NCBI RefSeq assembly: GCF_006345805.1
Contig: NC_043017.1
Span: 23,002,001-23,066,000 of the forward strand
Direction: 5' to 3'
From: Octopus sinensis
Taxonomy: Eukaryota
Length of the DNA: 64,000 nucleotides
In this document: in pieces, positions 1 through 12,109 of the stretch
Numbering within the stretch: the first letter of the stretch is position 1
Layout of the letters: each line of letters starts with the position of its first letter
The notes under the pieces: generated by a model
Seen by the model: the letters and a program-made list of their open reading frames with translations, nothing else
Databases searched by the model: none
What the model was told of the DNA's origin: nothing
Made by a program: the position numbers and the translations under genes

Positions 1-231
1 CTGCTAACACGTAGCATATTGTTCTCTTCACTTTCAGCACTAAGTTAATGTATTTGTTTTTGCTGCTGTTTGGAAATACTGTCTGAGAGAGTTTCTGTCA
101 CATTCGAAGGTTGGCTGCATTGACCTCAAGCCTCTACGCCTTTCATCTCTTGTTGGGTTGTCGATATTACTATCTATGGAGGTTTCCAGCTGATGTCCGA
201 ATCTTTTGCGGGTTTTAATGTCTGAGTATGT

Positions 232-690
232 ATGTCTGTCTGTTTGTCTGTATGTATGTATGTAAGTATGTATGTATGTAAGTATGTATGTATGTATGTA
301 TGTATGTATGTATGTATGCATGCATGCATGCATGTATGTATGTATTTATGCATGCATGCATGCATGTATGTATGTATGTATGTATGTATGTATATATGTA
401 TGCATGTATGTATGTATATATGTATGTATGTATGTATGCATGCATGTATGTATGTATGTATGTATGTATGTGTGTGTGTGTATATATGTATTTGCATGCA
501 TACATTTCTGAGAAATGGTAATCATGAGTACCGTTTTTCCCCATTTGTACATACACACACACTTGCACACGTACACATTCAGACATGTAGACACACACAC
601 ATACACACACACATACACACACATACATTCACTCATGCACACACTCACACACAGGCATACACACACACACACACGGACACACGCGCGTGT
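232..690. repeat. compound (TGTA)n/(TGCA)n/(CA)n microsatellite
   Basis: Direct inspection; explains all His/Thr/Tyr/Val/Cys-rich ORFs between 40 and 751. Confidence 0.95.
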
Positions 691-1201
691 ATATATATTT
701 GCGTATATTGTTTTACCTCATGGGATAGGCCTCTTTGAGTTTAAAATATAATCTGTCCAGCTGTATATTTCCGCTTTATTTATTTATTTATTTGTAACTC
801 TTCCTGTTTTGTTTTTTTTTCTTCTTTTTATTATATTTTATTCTTATTTTATTGGTTGCCTCTATTTTTCCGTGTTGACGGGAAGAACAAAAGGCAATTG
901 TCTAATAAAAAAAGCCTCTTAAAGAAAGATGAACCACACTTTTAAAGTGAAGCGATGAACTCAACATTGTATTATAGATGTGTGGGCACACTCATACATA
1001 CATTCCTACTTACGGACACACACACACACACACTCACACACACACACATACACATACATACATACATACACACATAATGTACTATTCCGTTATTGCTAGA
1101 ACCAATAAAAATTTATCAGATACCTACCTACCTACCTACCTACTTATATATATTAAATTGTTTAGAGTAGATATTAGATCTTGAAAGTAATATATATATA
1201 A

Positions 1202-1714
1202 CTAGCAATATCGTCCGGCGTTGCTCGGGTTTGTAAGGGAAATAACTATATAAGCATTTTTAGAGAGTTACTTCCCTTATAGATGCCAATTCGGGCTTTC
1301 TTAGCCATTTCTGTTTTGGTGTCATCAAGCCATGAAGTCGCTGTTCTAAAAGAACGCTGGTCTCCTTGACAACGCTTTATGACGTTGATTTCCTTACACT
1401 CCCTTCCCCACAGCTTCACGAGGGAGGGAAGAAGGGGGAGAAGCAAACAGGTGCAGGTGTGACCGTGGACGCCAACTCCGCCGCCATCGACACACGAAAA
1501 ATTATGCATTAAAATGGAATAAAAAATGATGTTAAATTATTTTTAAAATCGTAGACTCATCGTAGACGCGCGCTAATACTCAGACGGGCTCGATATGAAT
1601 CACGACTATAAGCTACCCGAATTTGGTTAAACTGCACCGCAAAATGTGGGAGTAGTTAGGAATCTAAATCGAAGGGGACAGACACTCACACAACTACAGT
1701 TTTATATATATAGA
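1202..1714 (-). mobile_element. non-autonomous Helitron (copy 1)
   Basis: On the minus strand it starts A|TCTATATATATAAAA, ends with a CCCGAGCAACGCCGG hairpin then CTAG|T, and is inserted between A and T. Both ends match a second copy at 34548-34944. Confidence 0.8.
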
Positions 1715-1718
1715 TATA

Positions 1719-1860
1719 TCATCATCATCATTGTTCGACAGTGGTCGAGACAATGGAATTTACCATGCTACGCCAGACTTCACGGTCCATCATAGCATTA
1801 CGGAGGTCCTGTTGCTGGATGCCTGTATCCCTGGAGATTACATCAGGGTAGGAGAGTGTT
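1719..1860 (-). mobile_element. RTE-clade LINE 3' end
   Basis: Minus-strand translation LSYPDVISRDTGIQQQDLRNAMMDREVWRSMVNSIVSTTVEQ* followed by a (TGA)n tail; DRxxWR motif typical of RTE C-termini. Confidence 0.75.
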
Positions 1861-2065
1861 AAGTTAAAAACAATAAATGCACAAACGTGAAAAAGACGCA
1901 GGAGGTCGTCAAATCCTCGTTAATTATCGTTCAGTGTGTCGAACACAACGATAATATTGTCTCTCCATCTGGTGGCGCCCACACGCGCGCGCACACACAC
2001 ACACATATACATACATATGTGTGTGTGTGTGTGTGTTTAAATGAGTTTAGAGTTATATACTATAC

Positions 2066-2296
2066 GGCGGCGAGCTGGCAGAAACGTTAGCACGCCGGGC
2101 GAAATGCTTAGCGGTATTTCGTCTGCGTAACGTTGTGAGTTCAAATTCCGCCGAGGTCGACTTTGCCTTTCATCCTTTCGGGGTCGATAAATTAAGTACC
2201 AGTTACGCACTGGGGTCGATGTAATCGACTTAATACCTATGTCTGTCCTTGTTTGTCCCCTCTGTGTTTAGCCCCTTGTGGTTAATAAAGAAATAG
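2066..2296 (+). mobile_element. tRNA-derived SINE family A, full length, tail type 1
   Basis: Head GGCGGCGAGCTGGCAGAAACGTTAG (A-box-like), B-box GAGTTCAAATTCC; dozens of homologous copies in the window. Confidence 0.9.
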
Positions 2297-2514
2297 GTAT
2301 ATACTACCCTGGTGGTTACCGTGTTTCCTCTTAATTCGGTTTTAGATGCTGGCTAAGCACAATGGTTCTTTTTTGATACCAAAGTTGGCAATAAGTTGCT
2401 AGGCTCTGATAACTATTCTGATAACTAAATCCGTATGTCCTATTCATGACTGCATAGTTTCCGTACAGTAAGTATTAATAATGATAAGAACGAGTATTTT
2501 CACATCCATAATTT

Positions 2515-2830
2515 CATTTCTGGACCTATGCGCATTTCAAGAGCCGCTGGATGGATTCGAATGAAACTTTCAGGGATGTTTGGCCTCGTGACTGGCACGA
2601 ACTGATTAGATTTTGGGATCGATACGGTATCGGACAAGAATCTGGATTATTTTTTCAGTTTTTTTACATAATTTTTGAGAGCGGTCAGGTTCGTTTTTTA
2701 ATATTCTCGTTTGTGAGAGCAGTCGAGTTTATTTAAGATATTCTCATTTTAAAAAAACATCTCTGGCTAATCGTTGAGAGGATGTTGGTGTTGCCTTGGA
2801 GGAGGTTTGCGCTCTTTGAGTCCTCTTGTT
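2515..2830 (+). mobile_element. putative Helentron-associated (DINE-1/HINE-like) non-autonomous element
   Basis: Motifs GATGGATTCGAATGAAACTTTCAGGG, GATTAGATTTTGGGATCGAT and a terminal GGAGGTTTGCGCTCT...GAGT hairpin resemble HINE-type elements (recalled similarity only). Confidence 0.4.
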
Positions 2831-2894
2831 TTATTGATTTTATTAATTGTTGATATTGAACCCAAACAATATTCGCTTCATCAACTGCTTAAGC

Positions 2895-3200
2895 GAAGGC
2901 GCGTGGCTGAGTGGTTAGCGTATTCGGCTCGCGACTGTGAATTCGATTCTCAGAGGTGCACTTTGTCCTTGAGCAAAGCACTTAATTTCACCTTGTTCCA
3001 ATCCACTCAGCTAGCAGAAATGAGTAGTACCTGTAATTCAAAGGGCCAGCCTTGTCACATCCTGTGTCACGTTGAAAATCCTTAAGTGTTACATTAAGGG
3101 TACGTGTGTCTGTTGAATGCCCAGTCATTTACACGTTAATTTCACGGGAAGGCTGTTCCGTTAAAGGATCAACTGGAACCCTCGTCGCCGACGGAGGGCC
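2895..3200 (+). mobile_element. tRNA-Arg-like CORE-type SINE family C, degenerate
   Basis: A/B-box head, CORE-like CCTTGAGCAAAGCACTT segment, tail matching copies at 12110, 23028 and 49377. Confidence 0.75.
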
Positions 3201-3431
3201 ATAATCTGCTTTTATGATTCACAATCAAGCTTTTTGTTTAGACTTATTAGTTAAGTTCACAAATTATATGCTCTAGTCCCGTTTAATCAGGGTTTGCTTC
3301 TTAACCATCCAGTTCTTCCGAATCGTATTGTGTAATAACTTTCATTACAAGATAAAGAATGTTGAGGATACTAATATTATTTGTAGCAGCCACTGATTCT
3401 CAAAACGGTGCGACGGATTCTTATTTATGAA

Positions 3432-3760
3432 GTTCCAGGTTCAGTCCCACTGCGTGGTACCTTGAGCAAGTGTTTTCTACTATGGTCACGGGCCTATCAA
3501 AGCCTTGTGAGTGAATTTGGTAGAGGAAACTGAAAGAAGCCTGTCGTGTGTGTGTGTATATGTGTGTCTTTGTGCCTGTGTTTGTCCTCCACCACCGCTT
3601 GACAACTGGTGTTGGAGTTTTTACGTCCACATAACTTAGCGGTTCGGCAAAAAAATAGAAACTATAGAAGTGGGGTCGATTCGTTCGACTAAATTTCTTC
3701 AAGGCGGTGCCCCAGTATGACCGCAGTCTAATGACTGAAACGAGTAAAAGAATAAAAGAT
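3432..3760 (+). mobile_element. CORE-type SINE family B, 5' truncated
   Basis: GGTTCAGTCCCACTGCGTGGTACCTTGAGCAAGTG core, internal (TG)n, tail GGCGGTGCCCCAGTATGACCGCAGTC. Confidence 0.85.
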
Positions 3761-3849
3761 TTGCTTGTTTATCTATTCAGTTTCCACTAGTTAAACGATG
3801 ATAGTGATGATGATGATGATGATGATGACAGCTTCAAATTATAGCACAA

Positions 3850-4555
3850 CAGCAATTTTAGGGGGCTGACAAAGTCGATTACATTGACCCCTAGTGCTCA
3901 TCTAGCACTTTTTTTTTATTGACCCCGAAAGGATTAAAAGCAAAGTGGACCTCAGCGGCATTTGAACTAGGAACATAAAATCAAGAAAAATGCCGCGAGG
4001 CACTTTGTCCAACATGCTAACGATTCTGCCAACTCGCCGCTTTTAATCGACTCCCAGCGGAATTTGAGTCAGAATATGAAAAGCCGGAAGAAATTCCTCT
4101 TGGTATTTTGTCCGTGAACTTCGCGATCCTGCCAGTTCAACGCTTCAACAATAATTATAATAATGGTTTCAAATTTTGGCACAAGGCCAGCAATTTCGGT
4201 GGTGGTGGTGGAGATAGGTCGATTATATCAACCTCAATGTTGAACTGGAACTTATTGTTATCGACCTCAAAAGGATAAAAGGCAAAGTCAATCGCGGCGG
4301 AATTTGAACTCAGAATATAAAGACAGACGAAATGTCGTCAAGGATTTTGTCTGCCGTGCTAACGATTCTTCCATCTCGCTGCCTTAACAATAATCGTTTC
4401 TACTAAAGTCACAAGGCCAGGAATTTGTGGGGAGGGGACTAATCGATTATATCGACCCCATTGCTCAACTGGTACTTTATTTTATCGAATCCGAAAGGAT
4501 GAAAGCAAGGTCGACCTTGGCAGAATTTGAACTCAGAACGTAAAGACGGATGAAA
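3850..4555 (-). mobile_element. cluster of about 4 degenerate SINE-A copies
   Basis: Repeated reverse-complement motifs GCAAAGTCGACCTCGGCGGAATTTGAACTCAGAAC. Confidence 0.8.
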
Positions 4556-5555
4556 TAACAATGATAATTTATTACCAAATAACTTTTCTGTTATATGGTG
4601 GGTTTTTATTTTTGTCGACCCCGAAAAAAATGAGAGACGAAAAATAACCAGGAACGGGGATTTGACACGTGCACGCACTCGCGTGTGTGTATAGAAACCT
4701 ATACCAAAGTATAGAAACCGAGAAGAAACTATAGATATGAGACGAGACACAGCTACTGGAACCAACTACAAGACTATTATATCGTTCTTTCTTTGTCTAC
4801 TACCATCGCACTTCCATTCTTCTCTGAATGAGGTTTCTACCCCGTTCGTTCTTACCGAATGACAGCAGTCAAAGACAGAAGTGTTTTGCAACGGAAGTCT
4901 TGGCTCTTGGTCTGGATGGACAGACGAGGAGAGGGATGTGTACTTTGGTAGTTATTGATTATTTTTTTTCTGTTGATAGAAAGACGAATCGATGATCAAC
5001 GTGTTTGAGCGTGCGTGATTACAGACTCCTCCCATTTCTTCCTCCACCTTCTCTCGCTTTCTTCTTTCATCGGAAACATACCGTTCTCCGACAAACACGT
5101 TTCCATACACATATATGTAAATACATATATATATATATAGGGAGAGAAAGAGAGACGTATCGTACATGTTCATATAAATACATGCACTCAAGCGGAAACA
5201 AATCCGTGAATACGTTGGTATACGTAGGCATATACACACGCATATACATACATACATACACGAGCAAATGCATTGTTGTAGTAAACATTCTCCAACCTAA
5301 ACACAAATAATCAGCCATCATTTCTTCGTCACATCAGTGGTGTAAACATCGTTCTTGCTGCGCTTTGATACAAGCACAAATCATTTATGAAATAGATATA
5401 TAAATATATATTTATTTATATATAATTGTGAAAGAGACAGAAAGGAGCCGAGCGGTAACGGAAAGATAAATCAGGGGACATTTGGAGACAAAGGTCGTTC
5501 AAGATACGAAGGAAAAACATTTGGAAAATTTGAAAAAAAAAATATTTCCGCCAAT

Positions 5556-5666
5556 ATGTCTGTCTTTCGTTCACATCAGAACAAAGTCTTGCCTGAGGAG
5601 GCGAAGCGGGAGCCAACACGGCGGGCTTTCAAAGCCCCGGTCAACGTTCATCCTATGAAGGGACAA
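5556..5666 (+). CDS. candidate first coding exon of an unidentified gene (MSVFRSHQNKVLPEEAKREPTRRAFKAPVNVHPMKGQ)
   Basis: Non-repetitive, relatively GC-rich 37-codon stretch; ATG with A at -3; ends exactly at a phase-0 donor CAA|GTAAGC (5667). An alternative acceptor (TCTGTCTTTCGTTCACATCAG, AG at 5578-5579) would give an 87-nt phase 0-0 internal exon. Confidence 0.55.
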
Positions 5667-5742
5667 GTAAGCAAACCCTTGCAATTTGATATTTATATAC
5701 GTTTGTGTGTGTGTGTGTCTGTGTTTATAGACGTGTTGCTGC

Positions 5743-5841
<99 letters not shown>

Positions 5842-6621
5842 TGTGTGTGTATGTGTGTGTATGTGTGTGTGTGTGACTATATATGTGTATGTATATGATT
5901 TTGCTGTTGATATTGTTTTTCGGTTCCAGATAAGTACTGATCTAGCCTGCCTATGAAAAAGGTCTCTCCAGGTGTGATCGTCTACCCCGCTTTTTCCCCC
6001 CCTTTTTGCTTGCCAAGAGACTTATATTGTTGTCCAATGGCTCCTTCATTAAAACGATCGGTATGATTTCTGGCTGACTTGGCTGCTATTTCTGTCTGTT
6101 CAAACGGCTATGCCGAGGGTCCTCCGTGTTACCATTTGTGTGTGTTTTACGCGTAGAGGATGTCGGTTGTATGTGACTGCTCGTGGGTATCTGTGCATGT
6201 GTGCATGTATGCATGTATATGCGTGTTAATCTGTATGTGTGCATTTGTTTGTGTTCGCATGAGTGTGTGTGTGAGTATTTGTGTGTGCGTGTGTGGTTGT
6301 GTGGTGATGGGGTGTAGTGTTTTTTGACGAAACTAATACAATTTAATTCTAAATTAAACCCAAGATCTACCCGAAGTGTAAAACTGTCATTACTTATAAC
6401 TGTTAACATCACAGTTTAAAATTCCCATCCCATATAGGTCCCTCAGTGTCTCCTGTTCCTTGTTTCCTCATGTAATTCGCCTTTTCAACTGTCTCCGACG
6501 TGTTCAGGACCCAGCATCGGACAAAGTTCCTTGCAGTATTTGTTCCGGCTCGCTGCATTCTGAGTTCAAATCCCGCCAGCACCATCTTTGGCTTTCATCT
6601 TTTTGAGGTCAATAAAAATTA

Positions 6622-7020
6622 AGGCGGCGAGCTGGCAGAAACGTTAGCACGTCGGGCGAAATGCTTAGCGGTATTTCGTCTGCCGTTACGTTCTGAGTTC
6701 AAACTCCGCCGAGGTCGACTTTCCGGGGTCAATTAAATAAGTACCAGTTACGCACAGGGGTCGATATAATCGACTTAATCCGTTTGTCTGTCCTTGTTTG
6801 TCCTCTCTGTGTTTAGCCCCTTGTGGGTAGTAAAGAAATAGGTATTTCGTCTGTTTTTACGTTCTGAGTTCAAATTCTGCAGAGGTCGACTTTGCCTTTC
6901 ATCCCTTCGGGGTCGGTAAATTAAGTACCAGTTGCATACTGGAGTCGATCTAATCAACTGCCCCCCTACCCCAAAATTTCTGACCTTGTGCCTAGAGTAG
7001 AAAAGATAAAATAAAGTACC
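6622..7020 (+). mobile_element. SINE-A dimer (head-body-tail1 joined to headless body-tail2)
   Basis: Junction AAAGAAATA|GGTATTTCGTC at 6840/6841. Confidence 0.85.
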
Positions 7021-7159
7021 AGTCAATTACTAGGACTAAGCTCTTCTCGAAACCAAATTCCTGGACTTGTACTAATGATAGAGACAGTTAAGAGTGATGG
7101 ATGGACAGAAATGATTGAGCATCGAACAAAATACTTTGCGATATTTGTTCCTATTCAAA

Positions 7160-7525
7160 GGAGGGTGAGCTGGCCGAATCGTTAGCACACGATACAAAAA
7201 TGCTTGGCGTCATTTTGTTCATCTTTGTGTTCTGTGTTCAAATTCCGCCGAGGTCGACTTTGCCTTTCATCCTTTCGGCAATCGATAAAATAAGTACCAG
7301 TTGAGCAATGGGGTTGATTAAATCGGCTAGCCAAACCCGCCTCCCATCCCTCAAAAATTTCAGGCCTCGTGCCTATAGCAGAAGGGATATTTGTTTCTAC
7401 TCCTTACGTTCTGTGTTCAAATCCTGCCGCTGTCAACTTTACATCATACCTCCGGGGTCGATAATATAAAGTACAAGTTAAGTTGTCCCCTCAAAATTAC
7501 TGGCCTTCTGCCTTAAATCAAAAAC
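7160..7525 (+). mobile_element. two SINE-A copies
   Basis: Homology to the family A head, body and tails. Confidence 0.8.
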
Positions 7526-7537
7526 TGTTATTCATAG

Positions 7538-7794
7538 CAGTGGTTCATACAAGATGTCCTTACAAAATGTCCATACAAGATCTACTTAAACCGAGGTCCA
7601 TACAAGATGTAGTTAAAATTTATATGCAATAAACTGGTTCTACTTCCGCAATTTTTTCACACAATACCTTATGATATTTAAATACATAGTAGGATGTTTT
7701 TAAACATCGCATGGTTATCAGGGCCCATCTGGGTAAAATAGGGATTAAAGGGGTCCATAGGAAAAAAAAAAAAGAAAATGGTTGAGAACCACTG
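7538..7794. mobile_element. hAT (Charlie-like) MITE
   Basis: Termini CAGTGGTTC...GAGAACCACTG; imperfect 8-bp TSD ATTCATAG/ATTTGTAG; related fragment at about 13985-14070. Confidence 0.7.
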
Positions 7795-8948
7795 ATTTGT
7801 AGCGATTAAGCTTGCAGAACCAGTAAAGTTCCGCGTAAAATAAATTGAAATATTTCGTTACGTTCTTCAGGTTTTCACTTCAAAAGCAGCCGAGCGTCAC
7901 GCAGCCGATGACTCATTCTTTGTACTTTTACCTATCATATTCCTTTTGAATAAATTCTACCGATTCTACGTGGCCTTTAGGAATTGTAGTCGATGTAAAC
8001 CTATAAGGATAAAATGCTCAATCTTTCTACTGTTTTCACGGCCGCCGTACTGCCATTTAGAATATTACTTTCTTGTTTGTATGTTATTTGTTGGGTTGTT
8101 TTTCTGAGTTTGTTATCTTTATTGTTCTGTTGTTATTTACTTTGCTGGAATATCGAAACATGGCAAGAGGTGTTTGGCATCTCAACTACTAAACGTGTAA
8201 ATTGATTCACTAATTCAATGATGTATGTTTTTGTAGAAATATTGGAAATTTTATTGCAATACACACTACGTAAACAGACACGATCACACACACGGAAACA
8301 AGCATAAATGTGTGCGCGTGTGTGTGTGTGCGTGTGTGTGTGTGCGTGCGTGCGCGTGCGTGTGTGTGTGTGTGCGTGCGTTCGCGTGTTTGGGTATTAT
8401 TTCATTGATTTCAGCCAGAGGGGCACGATGTGCGCGCATGCAGGTATATGGAGGGAGAGAGAGAGAGAGAAAGAGAGAGATGGGGAGAGAATAAGGGAGA
8501 AATTTTTGCTCAAAACGAATGTTGATATTTTCGTAAAATACACACGCAGTCATACATACACACATACACATACATACACACGCAGTCATACATACACACA
8601 CAGGCGCACTCGATCACACACACGTAATCACATACACTCACGCAATCGCACACGCATATAGTCATACACATACATACACACTCACACACGAACGCACGCA
8701 AACACACACACACACACACAAAACAGAATGCAGGAAGCTGGGCGATTTGATCTAATAACAGAGAACATGAAATATATCGATTCTCCGTGATTTCCACCAT
8801 TCTTTCATGCCTAATACAGACGTTAATGGCTTTTCCCGCCTTTGCGGCTTTCCATCGAAAACAAAACAAAGATGTCTTCTTGACTTTTTGCTTGGAACTC
8901 TTTGTTTTGCTTCCTCCGCCATTTAAATCCTGACGAAAACAACAACAG

Positions 8949-9006
<58 letters not shown>

Positions 9007-9150
9007 CAGCAGCAGCAGTAGCAGCAAAATAAATTAAGTGAATTGCGTATTGCATTTGTAAACATGTAGAATATTGTAACAGTCCCAATTATGTGTGTGT
9101 GTATTTGTACACAAACACACGCACACATGCATACACACACACACACACGC

Positions 9151-9203
<53 letters not shown>

Positions 9204-9231
9204 CGCACACACACACACACACACACACACA

Positions 9232-9279
<48 letters not shown>

Positions 9280-9284
9280 ATATA

Positions 9285-9449
9285 GGCGCAGGAGTGGCTG
9301 TGTGGTAAGTAGCTTGCTTACTAACCACATGGTTCCGGGTTCAGTCCCACTGCGTGGCATCTTGGGCAAGTGTCTTCTACTATAGCCTCGGGCCGACCAA
9401 AGCCTAGTGAGTGGATTTGGTAGACGGAAACTGAAAGAAGCCCGTCGTA

Positions 9450-9493
<44 letters not shown>

Positions 9494-9712
9494 TGTGTGT
9501 GTTTGTGTGTCTGTGTTTGTCCCCCTAGCATTGCTTGACAGCCGATGCTGGTGTGTTTACGTCGCCGTCACTTAGCGGTTCGGCAAAAGAGACCGATAGA
9601 ATAAGTATTGGGCTTACAAAGAATAAGTCCTGGGGTCGATTTGCTCGACTAAAGGCGGTGCTCCAGCATGGCCGCAGTCAAATGACTGAAACAAGTAAAA
9701 GAGTAAAAGAAT
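9285..9712 (+). mobile_element. SINE family B, full length
   Basis: Head GGCGCAGGAGTGGCTGTGTGGTAAG, B-box GGTTCAGTCCC, CORE-like segment, internal (TA)n, CR1-like tail. Confidence 0.9.
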
Positions 9713-10387
9713 GTATGTATGTGTGTGTGTGTGTGTGTTATTGTTTTTAATCGGCTGAAACGTACGAAAGTGACCCGAGTGTCGAGTGTTCTGTGCATTC
9801 CTCTTCCCAAACTTTTGTATGAGGGCGGGGAGCGGAATTAGTAAGCGGGGTAAAACGAGTAACTTCTGATTTCTCATTCATTTTCTCCCAACATCTTCGA
9901 AACCATAACATTGCAAGCATCGCATTGTCACTTTGTACAGCTGCACCATCTTCAGGAGTAACAGTGGATCAGCATAGTTGTTGAAGAATCTGAATCATAG
10001 TCAGGTGACAGGTTCTCCTTTTTTCAAGAAATTTTTTTCCTCAACTTTGATCCAATTGTAATAGAGTTTGATGATAAAAAATCTGGACATTTTTTTTGTA
10101 TTTAATTACGTCCTTTAGGTTTTCATTTCAAAAGCAGCCGAGCGTCACGCAGCCGATGACTCATTCTTTGTACTTTTACCTATCATATTCCTTTTGAATA
10201 AATTCTACCGATTCTACGTGGCCTTCGGGAATTGTAGTGGATGTAAGCCTATGAACCTAATAATAAGGCAAAGCTATTGTGGCTGTTTGCTGACAACTTA
10301 TCCCGTCGTATAAGGATAAAATGCTCAATCTTTCTACTGTTTTCACGGCCGTACTGCCATTTGAAATACTATTTTCTTGTTTGTATG

Positions 10388-10462
10388 CCACGGGCATATG
10401 GTGTAGTGGTTAAGAGCGCGGGCTACTAACCCCAAGATTCCGGGTTCGATTCCAGGCAGTGA

Positions 10463-10497
<35 letters not shown>

Positions 10498-10665
10498 TCG
10501 AAAAATACCTTAGGAATGAAACCCCAGGTTCGAAATTTTCCCCAAGACACCTGATGAAGGCTAGAGGGTATATCAGCCGAAACATTGTGTTAACAACAAA
10601 CAAGATGAGAACAAATATCCGTCAAATATAAATAATGTACATAATTCCTCATCTCTTAAATATTC
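10388..10665 (+). mobile_element. SINE-like element with tRNA-Ser(GCU)-like head, (AAT)n linker and Penelope-type tail
   Basis: A-box TGGTGTAGTGG (10399-10409), B-box GGTTCGATTCC (10443-10453), anticodon arm GGGCTACTAACCC; tail contains CTGATGA...GAAAC. Confidence 0.75.
10547..10590 (+). ncRNA. minimal type I hammerhead ribozyme motif (probably mutated)
   Basis: ACAC-CTGATGA-A-GGCT/AGCC stem II-GAAA-CATT-GTGT; stem I ACAC/GTGT; stem III would be palindromic AACGTT but reads AACATT here. Confidence 0.6.
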
Positions 10666-11379
10666 TTTTCTCTGTTAGATTTTGGGTCAATTTTTCCCCC
10701 ACAGTAATGTCTAACTTGATACTTTTCAAGTTTCAAAATATGAGGTCTAAAATGGGTTAGATTGAGTTACAACTACTTTCAGTAATTGCATGGAGCATAA
10801 TTATATCACGAAGAGAGGCACTCCAAAAGATCGTGAAGAAGCTATAGAGAATATGTTATGTGAAGTTTTTTTGGGGGGTGGGGGTTGTTTTTTTTTATAT
10901 AATTTGAGTTTTGTTAATTTCATATCACGTGCGATTTTTCCCTCATCTTCTTTCATTTGAGCTAGATATTTTAAATTTTTGTTGCATTTCTGATCCTTCT
11001 GATGTCTATAGAGAGATATTTATTTATATATTGCCCACAAGGGGCTAAACATAAGGGGGCAAACAAGGACAGACAAACAAGGATGAAAGGCAAAGTCAAC
11101 CTCGGCGGAATTTGAACTCAGAACGTAACGGCAGACGAAATACGGCTACGTATTTCGCCCGGCGTGCTAACGATTATACCAGCTCGTCGCCCTGTCTAGA
11201 GATAGATATTGATGCGTATGGGTCTGTTTTCTGGAGAATTGAAGTGGCAAATTTACCTAATCTTGTCTTACTGATTTTGCCCAAGGCAAATTTGTCTTTC
11301 ATATGCTCAAAGAGATCAGCGATAGTTTTCTGAAATAACGATCAGATTATATTAGATAAACTTAGATATGTTTCGACCA

Positions 11380-11720
11380 AAGATTGGTCCAGGCCATGTC
11401 TAACTGATAGGATTATTCGAATCCTGTTTAAGTCAAGTTTTGTTTAATTCAAGTTTTGTTCAAGTAGTGAGTTCTTGTTGGGTGAGTTGTATCCAATTAT
11501 GGGTGGCTTATCTGGTATTCTTTGAAGGAATCTATCCAGACTCTGTTTAAAGTTGATGGGAGTTATATTGCTTTTAATGCATTAAGGGAAGCCCATTTGC
11601 TTAGCTGGTATAGTTTTTGTAAGATAGTGAACATTCGTAAAGAATATATTTCCTCTCAAAGTCAAAAATACAGTAAAAACACTTCATTCTGCTCCCTCGC
11701 CCCGTATTACAAGCTTGGCT
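11380..11720 (-). mobile_element. CR1-clade LINE 3' end
   Basis: Minus-strand translation FKQSLDRFLQRIPDKPPIIGYNSPNKNSLLEQ, typical of CR1 ORF2 C-termini; 3'UTR CATGGCC-stem-GAAAC. Confidence 0.75.
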
Positions 11721-12109
11721 TTGTTTATTAAGCATATGAACCCTGGGCCTCGGATCAATAGCTGTGACGGGATACGACCCTGCAACTTATACAATCCGAG
11801 TGGTTTTTGTCTCAATCGTTAATGGCAAAACTATTAAACCAACCAATCACTCAATCAATCAGACACATGAGTAAGTTAGTGCTGTTGATGATCAGTCAAC
11901 GGGAATATATGATGGAGCTGATTAAAGATTAAAGCCCCTTCCATGATGTTGTCCATTTTTCTCTCTGCTTTTCTCTTTCTAAAACAACGCAATAATTTAA
12001 ATCATAGGAAGTGAAACAAGTAACTATTAATATATCTCAGTCAGCATACAAGCTTAGGTGGACGTAAGCACATTAATCACATGTACACATAGAATGTATA
12101 CATGTGATT

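Noticed and set aside
40-751. Long His/Thr/Tyr/Val/Cys ORFs here and at 8284-9531, 16406-17093, 25085-26146 and 28518-29477
   Set aside because: They are translations of stop-free microsatellites, open in many frames on both strands.
10388-10465. tRNA gene
   Set aside because: A/B boxes are present but there is no acceptor-stem pairing, and it continues into a repeat tail; it is a SINE head. The same applies to the other tRNA-like heads.
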